64,000 bases of DNA from Pseudomonadota bacterium (GTDB taxonomy: Bacteria > Bdellovibrionota_G > JALEGL01 > DATDPG01). Each line of letters begins with the position of its first letter. Position 1 is the first letter of the stretch. This document shows, piece after piece, positions 48,606 to 57,255 of this stretch. A model generated the notes under the pieces. It was not told where the DNA came from. It saw only the letters and a list, made by a program, of their open reading frames with translations, and searched no databases. The translations under genes and the position numbers were made by a program. The stretch lies in contig JAZDDX010000007.1 of assembly GCA_043809315.1 (NCBI GenBank), positions 71,076-135,075 of the forward strand, given 5' to 3'.

Positions 48606-48723
48606 GTTTGGCAAAAGATGAGGTTCTATGATTTCAGTATGTTGGAAGTGCGCGGTGCGTTAAAACAACTGAGCAAACTGTCGCCAGACCGCCACAGTGA
48701 GGAACTTGAGTCCCAGGTAAGGG

Positions 48724-49290
48724 TTATTCGTGTTCCCGGAGCGCGACCAGGCTGTACTTATCGAACTGCGCTTCGGCGGCGGTATATAGAACCTCGGTAA
48801 TCAGCCAGTACGGCGTGTCTTTGTCGGCGATCACCAGGATCTTCCCCTCGAACGTGATCGACTTGTTCAGCCGTTCGATCTCCTTGATCCCGTCCGCCTT
48901 CTTGACCAACGCTTTGTGAAGATCCTTGATCAGGAAGTCGCGCCTTTGGGATTGCGCGCGGAGTTCCTCTTCCTTTCCGGCGTCGAGACGAATCACCTTC
49001 AGTTCGTCCACCGCGATCACCCCCGGCTCCCCCCCCACCGCCCTCATCACCGTCAGTTTCACCGCCTCCTGGGGGGCCGTGATTCCCGACGATTTCGGAA
49101 TATGGATCTCGCCGCCGACCGGCATCGAGAGGGCGCTGACGGAATAACTCTTGAGCAGGAAGACGAGGATGATCGTCAACATGTCCATCATCGCCACGAG
49201 GTTCAGCTCTCGGATCTGGATCGGCTTGAACGCCTTCCCGCGTCTCCTTTTGAGCCTCGCTCGCCAGCTATGAATGTATCTCTCGTCCAT
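48724..49290 (-). CDS. ExbD/TolR family protein (AglS-like)
   Basis: LNLVAMMDMLTIILVFLLK with the conserved Asp; IADK.TPY..I..VLYT. Confidence 0.85.
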   Translation of the reverse strand: MDERYIHSWRARLKRRRGKAFKPIQIRELNLVAMMDMLTIILVFLLKSYSVSALSMPVGGEIHIPKSSGITAPQEAVKLTVMRAVGGEPGVIAVDELKVIRLDAGKEEELRAQSQRRDFLIKDLHKALVKKADGIKEIERLNKSITFEGKILVIADKDTPYWLITEVLYTAAEAQFDKYSLVALREHE

Positions 49291-49297
49291 TCCGCTC

Positions 49298-49795
49298 CTA
49301 GAGGATGCTCAGCGTTACGTCCGGGAACAGATCGTCGGTCCCCGGCTGTTTCTCACGCAGGACATCCATCGTCTTGATGATGTCGTCGTAGACGATCGCC
49401 GGCTCCGAGATGATCAGAACCCGACTCTCCTGCGGGAACCTTTCCTTGAGCTTCTCCGCGATTATCTTGAGCGTCTCCATGTCGAACCCGGCCCCTTTTT
49501 TCGGGATCTCCTGTCGAGGGATCGACATCCCTCCCTGCACGTTCGGATCCACGAGGTACCCGTTCTTCGTCACCCGGACCATCAGGAGGAGCTGCTCCTT
49601 CTTCTGGGGCTGCTGCTTCACTTGCGCCGCATCCGGCGCCAATTGCGGAATCGACGCGTTCAAGATCGTGAAGCTCAAGAAACTGGTGATCGTGACCAGC
49701 ATGAACATCACCAGCATGGTCATCATATCGAGGTACGGGATCAGGTTCAGATCCTGACCGATCTCCTGCAAACCCCCGCGGTGTCCGCGTGCCAC
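49298..49795 (-). CDS. ExbD/TolR family protein (AglQ-like)
   Basis: LNLIPYLDMMTMLV; Y..II.TMD; LFP.V. Confidence 0.85.
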   Translation of the reverse strand: MARGHRGGLQEIGQDLNLIPYLDMMTMLVMFMLVTITSFLSFTILNASIPQLAPDAAQVKQQPQKKEQLLLMVRVTKNGYLVDPNVQGGMSIPRQEIPKKGAGFDMETLKIIAEKLKERFPQESRVLIISEPAIVYDDIIKTMDVLREKQPGTDDLFPDVTLSIL

Positions 49796-49810
49796 CGGAC
49801 GTCCCCCTTC

Positions 49811-50446
49811 TTACGCGGCCTTCTCGGCGTCGTGTCGGAGCGTCAGAAGGTTTTCCAGGCGGCTCGTATAGTAATCGAGGTCGCCGAGGATCTTCTTCGC
49901 CACCCCCGAAAGCATTAAATGCGCGAAGATGCAGACCACCGCGATGATCAACCCGAACGCCGTGTTGTACATCGCTTCCGCGATACCGGTGCCGAGGAGC
50001 GTCGCCCTCTGTTCCGGTGTGGCGACCGAGAGGCCGCTGAACGACAGGATCAGACCATAGATCGTTCCGATCAGCCCGACGAGTGTCGCGATGTTGGCCA
50101 GAGACCACAGAGTGCCGATCCGCTTCTCCACGCTGGGAGTCACTTGGAGGAGAGCCTCATCGACCCCCATCGATACAGCCATTCCGCCGCGGTTCGCTTT
50201 GACCAGCCCCGATTTGACGACGGCGGCCAGCGGCGTGCTGGAGGTGTTGCAGTAATTGATCGCCTGGGTCAGATCGTTCGCGAGGATATGCCGTTCGATC
50301 GTCTGCATGAACCCCTTCGAATCGGACGAATACCGGAAGAACAGAAGAAAGAATCGTTCCAGGATCACGCCGACCGACATGATCGAGATGATCGTGTTGA
50401 ACCACATGAACGGGCTATCTCTATAGACAACGATGAAATTTCCCAT
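49811..50446 (-). CDS. MotA/TolQ/ExbB proton-channel protein (AglR-like)
   Basis: LANIATLVGLIGTIYGLI and GIAEAMYNTAFGL; TATAAT (50473-50478, minus strand) and GAGGAGG upstream. Confidence 0.9.
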   Translation of the reverse strand: MGNFIVVYRDSPFMWFNTIISIMSVGVILERFFLLFFRYSSDSKGFMQTIERHILANDLTQAINYCNTSSTPLAAVVKSGLVKANRGGMAVSMGVDEALLQVTPSVEKRIGTLWSLANIATLVGLIGTIYGLILSFSGLSVATPEQRATLLGTGIAEAMYNTAFGLIIAVVCIFAHLMLSGVAKKILGDLDYYTSRLENLLTLRHDAEKAA

Positions 50447-50484
50447 GCCGCATCCTCCTCGTGAAAGACTGAATTATACCGGCG

Positions 50485-51573
50485 TCATGAACCATCACCA
50501 AGGAAGTTCTCCGGTTCAACCTCTCCACCTAACTTCTCGATCTTTTTAGCAAGTTTTGCATGTTTCGGCCAGTACGCCGACCCCCTCGGCAATGATTTTA
50601 TGGCGCGATGGGCCACAAACTTCTGAAGACGTCCGATCCGGGCGAAAGAGGCGGCTGCCTCCGTCTCCGTCAGCTCCCCGCACCGCAAGGCAGCGGCGAT
50701 CCGCTTGTACGTCGCCCACGCCAAATCCAGGCTCTTCACGAGCAGAAGCAGGTCACACCCGGCCTTCAGTGCTCGAACTCCCGCCTCCGGCACCGACGAG
50801 TGAAGAGCGATCGCGTTCATCTCCAGATCGTCGCTCACCATCACTCCCCGAAACCCGAGTTTCTTCCGAAGCAGCCCCTTCATGATCGCGGAGGAAAGGG
50901 TCGCCGAGTTCTTCCGATCGAGCGCCGGATAGATGACGTGGGCGCTCATCATCGTCGGAACGCCGGCGCGGATCGCGGCGCGAAACGGCGGAAGCTCCCG
51001 CGTGAAAATCGTCCGCTTCGACCCACGGACCACCGGAAGAACGTAGTGACTATCGGTCGATGTGTCGCCGTGGCCGGGAAAATGTTTCGCACAGCAGAGA
51101 ATCCCAGCCTCCCGACAGGCGCGGACCGTCGCCGCCACCAACTTCGCTACGTGTTTCGGCTTTCTGCCGAAAGAGCGGGATCCGATCACCGGATTTTTCG
51201 GATTCGAGTCGACGTCGGCAACCGGAATTAAATTGAAGTTGACGCCGATCGCGCGGAGTTCGGAGGCCATCGCCTTCGCCTGCGCCACCGCGAGATTCGT
51301 ACGACCCGTTCGGTCGAAGATACGCCCGAGATGGTCGTTTCCCGGAAAGAGCGTGAACGGCGGTCCGAGACGAGCGACCCGTCCCCCCTCCTGGTCGATC
51401 CCGATCAACGCCCCGGGGCCGAGGATCTTTCGGATCTCGCGGGAGAGGGCCCGCAGTTGCCCCGGAGAGCGGACGTTTCGTTTGAAATAGACGACCCCCG
51501 CCGGACGGACCTCCCGGAGAAACTTCCTCTCCTTCTTCGAAAGCCGGAGCCCCTCGATTCCCGCCATAATCAA
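50485..51573 (-). CDS. nagZ: Beta-N-acetylhexosaminidase (GH3)
   Basis: IDQEGGRV.R, IG.RSFG, KHFPGHGDT..DSH, SDDLEM.A. Confidence 0.95.
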   Translation of the reverse strand: MIMAGIEGLRLSKKERKFLREVRPAGVVYFKRNVRSPGQLRALSREIRKILGPGALIGIDQEGGRVARLGPPFTLFPGNDHLGRIFDRTGRTNLAVAQAKAMASELRAIGVNFNLIPVADVDSNPKNPVIGSRSFGRKPKHVAKLVAATVRACREAGILCCAKHFPGHGDTSTDSHYVLPVVRGSKRTIFTRELPPFRAAIRAGVPTMMSAHVIYPALDRKNSATLSSAIMKGLLRKKLGFRGVMVSDDLEMNAIALHSSVPEAGVRALKAGCDLLLLVKSLDLAWATYKRIAAALRCGELTETEAAASFARIGRLQKFVAHRAIKSLPRGSAYWPKHAKLAKKIEKLGGEVEPENFLGDGS

Positions 51574-51616
51574 GCGTCCGAGGTTTTGTTTGGGGGTTGT
51601 TGGGCGGACGTCTAAG

Positions 51617-53023
51617 ATGCTTCGAGGAAAACAGATGCGGGTCGCTTTCGCAACTCTTTTGGCTCTCGTAACGACCGCCGCGTCGGCGGCGGACGGCCCC
51701 TGGGCCTCTTTCCTGGAGCCGCTCGTCAGTCGAGAGCGTCTTCCCCCCGGGCGTTACGGCATTGAATTCCGGGAACTCCGGAGCGGGAAGCTTCTCTTTT
51801 CCGACGGCGCGGAGAATCTCCTGAACCCCGCCTCCACCATCAAGGTCCTGACCTCCGCGGCCGCCCTTTCGAAACTCGGTCCCGACTTCCGATTCAAGAC
51901 GCTCGTCTCCAAGTCCGGGAATGATCTCTGTCTCATCGGCCGCGGCGACCCGTCGCTTGTCGACGAAACGATGTGGCTTCTCGTGGAGGAAGCGCGGCGG
52001 AAAGGGGTTCAGAAGATCGCCGGGGACCTGATCGCCGACGATTCGTACTTCCCGGCCACGCGCGACCATGGGATCGAGTTCGAGGGGGATGGGGAGCGGG
52101 CGTTCACCGCCCCGATCGGGGCGCTCTCCACGAACTTCAACTCGCTGACCATTCACGCCGAACCTACGGAGATCGGGCAACCCCCCCGCCTCTTCCTCGA
52201 TCCCGAACTCCCGCTCTTCCGTCTCCGTAACCGAGCGAGAACGGCGCCGAATGCCGTCAAGGGGGATCTCTCCGCTTCGATCGATCGATCGGGGGATTCG
52301 TTCGTCGTCACCGTCGGGGGGAAAGTTTCAGCCCGCACCGAACGGATGACGATCTACCGCGCCGTTCCCGACCCGGCCATCTACGCTGCCGCTCTCTTCG
52401 CCGAGCACTTCCGGCGAGCCGGAGGAACGATCGCGGGGAAGATCCGGGGGGGCGTCTGTCCCGCGACCGCCGCTCCGCTCTTCGAGTTCTCCTCAAAACC
52501 GCTGTCGCACGTGGTCTTTGATCTCAACAAGTTCAGTAACAACTTCATCGCAGAGATGATTCTCCGGTCGATCGGCGACAAGCCGGAACCGGAAAGCGGT
52601 CTTCGGACGATGCGGGATTGGCTTCCCGCGCACGGGATCCCCGCGCCGGGCGTTGTCGTGGAGAACGGGTCGGGGCTTTCCCGGAAGACACGGATCTCGG
52701 CCCGAATGATCGTCGAGATCCTGCGGGCGGCCTCGACTGATCTCAAGGTCGCCCCGGAGTTCCTCTCCTCCTTCGGGATCGCGGGGATCGACGGGACGCT
52801 TCACCGCCGCTTCGTCGGGACGCCGGCCGAATCGAGGCTTCGCGCGAAGTCGGGAAGTTTGAGCGGCGTCATTTCCCTCGCCGGGGTGCTTCAGATTCCG
52901 GACGGAATTGAAGTTGCCTTTTGCACCCTATTTAACGCACCGTCCAAGCCGAATTGGGATCTCCAGAAGCTCGAGGAGCGTTTGATCCTTGCGATCTTCG
53001 CCGGGAAGAATGTGCTAAAATGA
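51617..53023 (+). CDS. dacB: D-Ala-D-Ala carboxypeptidase/endopeptidase (PBP4)
   Basis: PASTIK (SxxK), GDP.L, SNN, NGSGLSR, G.DGTL, AKSG; signal peptide. Start 51617 or 51635. Confidence 0.93.
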   Translation: MLRGKQMRVAFATLLALVTTAASAADGPWASFLEPLVSRERLPPGRYGIEFRELRSGKLLFSDGAENLLNPASTIKVLTSAAALSKLGPDFRFKTLVSKSGNDLCLIGRGDPSLVDETMWLLVEEARRKGVQKIAGDLIADDSYFPATRDHGIEFEGDGERAFTAPIGALSTNFNSLTIHAEPTEIGQPPRLFLDPELPLFRLRNRARTAPNAVKGDLSASIDRSGDSFVVTVGGKVSARTERMTIYRAVPDPAIYAAALFAEHFRRAGGTIAGKIRGGVCPATAAPLFEFSSKPLSHVVFDLNKFSNNFIAEMILRSIGDKPEPESGLRTMRDWLPAHGIPAPGVVVENGSGLSRKTRISARMIVEILRAASTDLKVAPEFLSSFGIAGIDGTLHRRFVGTPAESRLRAKSGSLSGVISLAGVLQIPDGIEVAFCTLFNAPSKPNWDLQKLEERLILAIFAGKNVLK

Positions 53024-53039
53024 AAGGCCGGTCTCTCCT

Positions 53040-53675
53040 ATGAAAAAAAATCCAGAAAACTCAAAAGTTCGGCGGTTCGGATTCTCCCTGATCGAGCTGA
53101 TGGTCGTCGTCGTGATCATCGCCGTTCTCGCGGCGATCGCCATGCCGATCTACGGTAAGTACATCCGGAAATCCCGGACCTCCGAAGCGATCAGCAATCT
53201 CGGAACGATCGCGATGTTCGAGGAAACCTACTTCTCGGAAGCTGATTCGTACATTAAGTTGGATCCGAACCCGGGGACGGTCCCCCGTTCCTCGGATACC
53301 GGCGGACGGAGATCGTTTGACGGCACCAACGCGTCCTGGGCGCTGCTGGGTCGCGTGATCCCGGACCAGACGCCGCTCTATTTCCAGTACGAGGCGCGGG
53401 CCGGACAGATGAGCACGACTGCCGGAACAGCGAACACCGGAACGTACCTGGTCGCTCACACGGACAGCCAAACGGTAGGCACGAACAAGGCTTGCACGCC
53501 AACCCCCGCCACATTAACGGCGGTGGGATTGCAGATCCCGACACCGACCAGCAGCAACTGGTATTACGTGACGGCCGTAGGGGATCTGAAGACCACGGGG
53601 TCGAACAACAAATGTTCCGTATTCATCAAGATCATCGATCGCCCCGACGTCGTCTTCTACAACGACATCGAATGA
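53040..53675 (+). CDS. Type IV pilin/pseudopilin
   Basis: Class III signal G|FSLIELMVVVVIIAVLAAIAMP.Y..Y..KSR.SEA; two C-terminal Cys. Confidence 0.92.
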   Translation: MKKNPENSKVRRFGFSLIELMVVVVIIAVLAAIAMPIYGKYIRKSRTSEAISNLGTIAMFEETYFSEADSYIKLDPNPGTVPRSSDTGGRRSFDGTNASWALLGRVIPDQTPLYFQYEARAGQMSTTAGTANTGTYLVAHTDSQTVGTNKACTPTPATLTAVGLQIPTPTSSNWYYVTAVGDLKTTGSNNKCSVFIKIIDRPDVVFYNDIE

Positions 53676-53691
53676 GCGCTCCCGGCGTCGC

Positions 53692-54777
53692 TTACGCCGC
53701 GACGATGTACCCTTTTTTGAGCAGATAAAAGACGATCTTCCCCGTTTCGAGATCGGAGAACGGGCTTTCGTCCATCACCGACTCGAAGGTCCTGCCGTTC
53801 ATCACGAGCTGAAGAATGTCCAGCACGCGGGGGTGGAGCTTCGAGAGGGGGGCGGAAAACCCCGGCTTGATCTTGAGGGACGCCGACAGCTTCGGAAGCC
53901 CTTTCCGGATCTTCTCCAGTTCGTCGAACTGCCGGAACCCCTCCAGCAGAAGGGTTTCGGTCGAATCGCCGATCGGGTTTTGGATCTTCGCCGGATCGAA
54001 CGCCGAAGGGAGCGGTTGCAGGTCGAACTCCCCCTCGTTCCATCCCAGCATCCGGTAAAGCGCTTTCACCCCGTCGACGGGACCGACTTCGGCCGCGATC
54101 ACTTTCCCCTCCGCGACCGTGATCCCCCCTTCGTGCGACGAACGGATCCGGAGAATCCCGCTCTTGCGGTTCTGCCCCAGGTTCTGAAGCAGATCCGCCA
54201 ACCCCATCGCCGAAAGATTCCCCGATAGAGGTTTGGCCGGTTTGGGATCCGATCGCTCGAGATCGAACGCCGAATCGAGCCCCGCGTCGAGCGCTCCGGA
54301 AGGGGAATCGATCTCCTGCTCCGCGACTGTCTCCGCCGCCGGCCCCAAATCCTTGAAGGCCGGGATCGATTCGACCTTCTCTTCGGCACGCGCTTTGGAC
54401 AACGTATCTTCCGCTACGATCGCCGATCTCTTCTGCCGGTCCACGGTGATTTCGATGACGGTCGTCCCGATCTGAAGCTTGTCCCCCCCCTTGAGGTCGA
54501 CCTCCACGATCTTCTTCCGATTCACGAACGTCCCGTTCGTGCTCTGAAGGTCGAGGGCTCTGACCTCCTTTTCGTTCACGACGACACGGCAGTGTTTCCG
54601 GGAGATCTTCTTTTCCCCCAGAAAGATATCGCACTCCTCGCTTCGACCGATCGTCAGCTCGCGGGGGGGGTTGACACGGATTTCGACCCCTTCGTTCTCC
54701 CCGTCGAGAAAGCGGAGGAGCACCTCACCGATTACGAAGTCCTCGACCTCCGCGGATTGTTTTCCTGTGCTCGGCAC
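53692..54777 (-). CDS. FHA plus DUF4388 (PatA_N-like) protein
   Basis: IGR..ECD...ISRKH...DLQSTNGTFVN; LSGNL..MGLADLLQ...KSG.L, W.EGEF, LLLEG.RQFDE. Confidence 0.88.
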   Translation of the reverse strand: MPSTGKQSAEVEDFVIGEVLLRFLDGENEGVEIRVNPPRELTIGRSEECDIFLGEKKISRKHCRVVVNEKEVRALDLQSTNGTFVNRKKIVEVDLKGGDKLQIGTTVIEITVDRQKRSAIVAEDTLSKARAEEKVESIPAFKDLGPAAETVAEQEIDSPSGALDAGLDSAFDLERSDPKPAKPLSGNLSAMGLADLLQNLGQNRKSGILRIRSSHEGGITVAEGKVIAAEVGPVDGVKALYRMLGWNEGEFDLQPLPSAFDPAKIQNPIGDSTETLLLEGFRQFDELEKIRKGLPKLSASLKIKPGFSAPLSKLHPRVLDILQLVMNGRTFESVMDESPFSDLETGKIVFYLLKKGYIVAA

Positions 54778-54799
54778 TGACGTAAGAAGGGTACCCTAT

Positions 54800-55585
54800 T
54801 CAGCCTTCGACGACAAAACGGCAGAGCGTCCCGCCCAACTGGATGCGATCACCGTTCGAAAGTCGTGTTTCACTGACCCGTTTCTTGTTCACCAACGTGC
54901 CGTTCGTCGACCCCAAATCGCGGAGGACGACGTTCCCTTTCCCGTAGATGTCGATCGACGCATGCAGCCGGGAGATATCGGCATCCTGGAACGAGATGTC
55001 CGCCTTCCCCCGTCCGAGCGTGGTCCCCTTCCTCTCCAGACGGAATCGTTTCCCGGCATCCGGCCCCTCCAAGATCTCGAGCACGTAACCTTCCCCCGTC
55101 ACCTTCCCCTCCTCGGTCGTTGAGGAGGCAGGAGGAAGATCCCACTTCGAGAACCGTTTCAGTTCGTCGTCGATCATCGACCCGATGTCCCGCCTGGCGA
55201 TCGTCGGATCGGGATCCTTCGTCGTTTTCGGCGGACGGACCGGCGCCGCGGCCGCGTTCAGGTCCCGGAAGGAGGCCAGATCCTCGACGATCAGAACGCG
55301 CAGACGGCTGAACCCGAGTTGGATCTCATCGAGGTTGGCGAGCCTCGCGTGCTTGACGTCTTTCCCGTTCACGGTGATCCCGTTCCTGGATTCGAGATCG
55401 ATGATCGTCACTTCCGATCCGCTGATCTCGATCGCCGCATGCTGTTGCGAGATTTTGCGATCCCGGAGTGCGATGTCGGCCCCGCGCCGGCCGATGATCG
55501 ATCGCGGGTTCTTCAGTTTGACGGAAAACCCCTCGTCTTCCCCCTCGAGGACCGTGATCGTGACCTGGATCTCCGGTGGTTTCAT
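54800..55585 (-). CDS. Tandem (double) FHA-domain protein
   Basis: Two GR..SxxH..DL.S.NG units; ATG 55585 overlaps the upstream stop. Confidence 0.88.
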   Translation of the reverse strand: MKPPEIQVTITVLEGEDEGFSVKLKNPRSIIGRRGADIALRDRKISQQHAAIEISGSEVTIIDLESRNGITVNGKDVKHARLANLDEIQLGFSRLRVLIVEDLASFRDLNAAAAPVRPPKTTKDPDPTIARRDIGSMIDDELKRFSKWDLPPASSTTEEGKVTGEGYVLEILEGPDAGKRFRLERKGTTLGRGKADISFQDADISRLHASIDIYGKGNVVLRDLGSTNGTLVNKKRVSETRLSNGDRIQLGGTLCRFVVEG

Positions 55586-56388
55586 CCCTTTTCGAACCCT
55601 TTGAATACGATCGTCGTCTGACCTACCCGAATCCTGTCCCGGGGAGCAAGAATACAATTCGAGATCCTCCGGTCGTTCACGAAGGTCCCGTTGGCGCTGG
55701 CGAGATCCCGCAGGATCACCTGTCCCCCCTCCCCCCGTTCCAGCGCGGCGTGTTTTCGCGAGACGTCCGGGTCAGCCAGGACCAAGTCGGAGTTGAGGCG
55801 CCCGATCCAGATGGTGGATTTCGTGAATTCAAACTCTTTCCCCCGATCCGGTCCCCCGGAGATCGCCAGACGGATTTTCCGAATCTCCGATGAATCCGAC
55901 TTTCCTCCGAGGATCAGCGTCTCCCCTGCGGTCGCCTGGATGAACTCCCGCTCCAGCAGATCGGTGAGGCCGCTCTTCAGATTCCCCACGGAAGCCGGCT
56001 GTTCCGACCGGAGTTGGGCCGCCAACGCAGGATCCAGAACGATCTGGAACGCGCAGTCCCCGAGGCGGATCTCCTCCCCCGGCTTGACCGCCCGTTCCCC
56101 GACCCGCTCCCCCTCCACGAACGTTCCGTTGGAGCTTCCGAGGTCGACGACACGAAAACCGCCGCGACGAAACTCGAGAGCGAGGTGAGTTCCGGAGACG
56201 GTGACGTCCCGCACGAGGATGTCACCGTATTTCCGTCCGAGAATCGTCCGCTCGAAGGTAAGTGCCACGTGCCGTCCCGCCTCATCCCCGTCCGTGAACT
56301 CGAGAAGCGCCCCCAGCTCCGGTGGGAGAGGTTGTTTGGTCCCACCGATCGTGCGCTTCGAATCCAAGGTTTTGGGCCGAATCGGCAT
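55582..56388 (-). CDS. Tandem (double) FHA-domain protein
   Basis: LGR...VSGTH...DLGSSNGT and IGR...VSRKH...DLASANGT. Confidence 0.88.
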   Translation of the reverse strand: MPIRPKTLDSKRTIGGTKQPLPPELGALLEFTDGDEAGRHVALTFERTILGRKYGDILVRDVTVSGTHLALEFRRGGFRVVDLGSSNGTFVEGERVGERAVKPGEEIRLGDCAFQIVLDPALAAQLRSEQPASVGNLKSGLTDLLEREFIQATAGETLILGGKSDSSEIRKIRLAISGGPDRGKEFEFTKSTIWIGRLNSDLVLADPDVSRKHAALERGEGGQVILRDLASANGTFVNDRRISNCILAPRDRIRVGQTTIVFKGFEKG

Positions 56389-56472
56389 AAATGAGAAAAG
56401 TTCTTGTTATTATTGAGGTTATCACACGACGTGTCATGCCGCAAAAGAGGGGGTGAGCCGGCGGATCCTCTT

Positions 56473-56501
56473 TTGACACCGGAACCGTTCGCTTCTAGAT
56501 T
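56473..56501 (+). promoter_or_regulatory. bamD promoter TTGACA-N17-TAGATT; predicted +1 at the ATG (leaderless)
   Basis: -10 ends at 56501 and the ATG starts at 56508; no SD. Confidence 0.65.
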
Positions 56502-56507
56502 GCGCCG

Positions 56508-57254
56508 ATGAACCTTGCGCGTTTCGTTCTCGCTCTCGCCATTTCTTTCGCCGCCTGCTCCACGGTCACGCCGGAGAAGATGACGAGCGATAAACCTTTG
56601 TACGAACATGCGTCGAAACTGTTCGCGGAGCGGAGCTACGAAGAGTCGCTCAAGTTTTTCGAATCGCTCCGGAACCGTTTCCCCCAGAGCCCGTACCTGA
56701 TCGATACGGAGCTCAAGATCGCGGAAGCGCGGTATCGGAAAGACGACTTCGCTGAGGCGGAGGTGGAGTTCCAGAATTTCCGGACACTCCATCCCACGAA
56801 TCCGAAGATCCCGTACGTCACCTACATGATCGGGATGAGCCGTTTCAACCGGATCCCCGGTGGGGTCGACCGCGATCAAACCCAGACGGAGCGAGCCATC
56901 GACGTCTTCGAGGAGTTGCTTCAGAAATATCCGGCCGCGCCCGAGGCGACCCAAGCCCAGACCCTTCTCACGAAATGTCAACACGATCTCGCCGCGCGCG
57001 AAATGTACGTCGCGAACTTCTATCTGAAGCGTCACGATTACTCCGCCGCCCTTCTTCGGCTTGCGAGCGTTCGGACCAACCCCGATTTCAAGGACTTCGC
57101 CGTGGAGGCTTCGTACAAACTCGGATACGCCCGTTACAAGCTCAATGACGTGACGGGTGCGAAAGAAGTGTTGACGCCGCTCGTAAGTGACCCAAACGCA
57201 GGGGAGTACGGTAACAAAGCGAGGAATCTCCTGAAACGAATTGCGTCTCGTTGA
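56508..57254 (+). CDS. bamD: Outer membrane protein assembly factor BamD
   Basis: Lipobox FAAC, FP.SPY, F..LHP, DRDQ..T..A, LA..E..VA.FY. Confidence 0.92.
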   Translation: MNLARFVLALAISFAACSTVTPEKMTSDKPLYEHASKLFAERSYEESLKFFESLRNRFPQSPYLIDTELKIAEARYRKDDFAEAEVEFQNFRTLHPTNPKIPYVTYMIGMSRFNRIPGGVDRDQTQTERAIDVFEELLQKYPAAPEATQAQTLLTKCQHDLAAREMYVANFYLKRHDYSAALLRLASVRTNPDFKDFAVEASYKLGYARYKLNDVTGAKEVLTPLVSDPNAGEYGNKARNLLKRIASR

Positions 57255-57255
57255 G

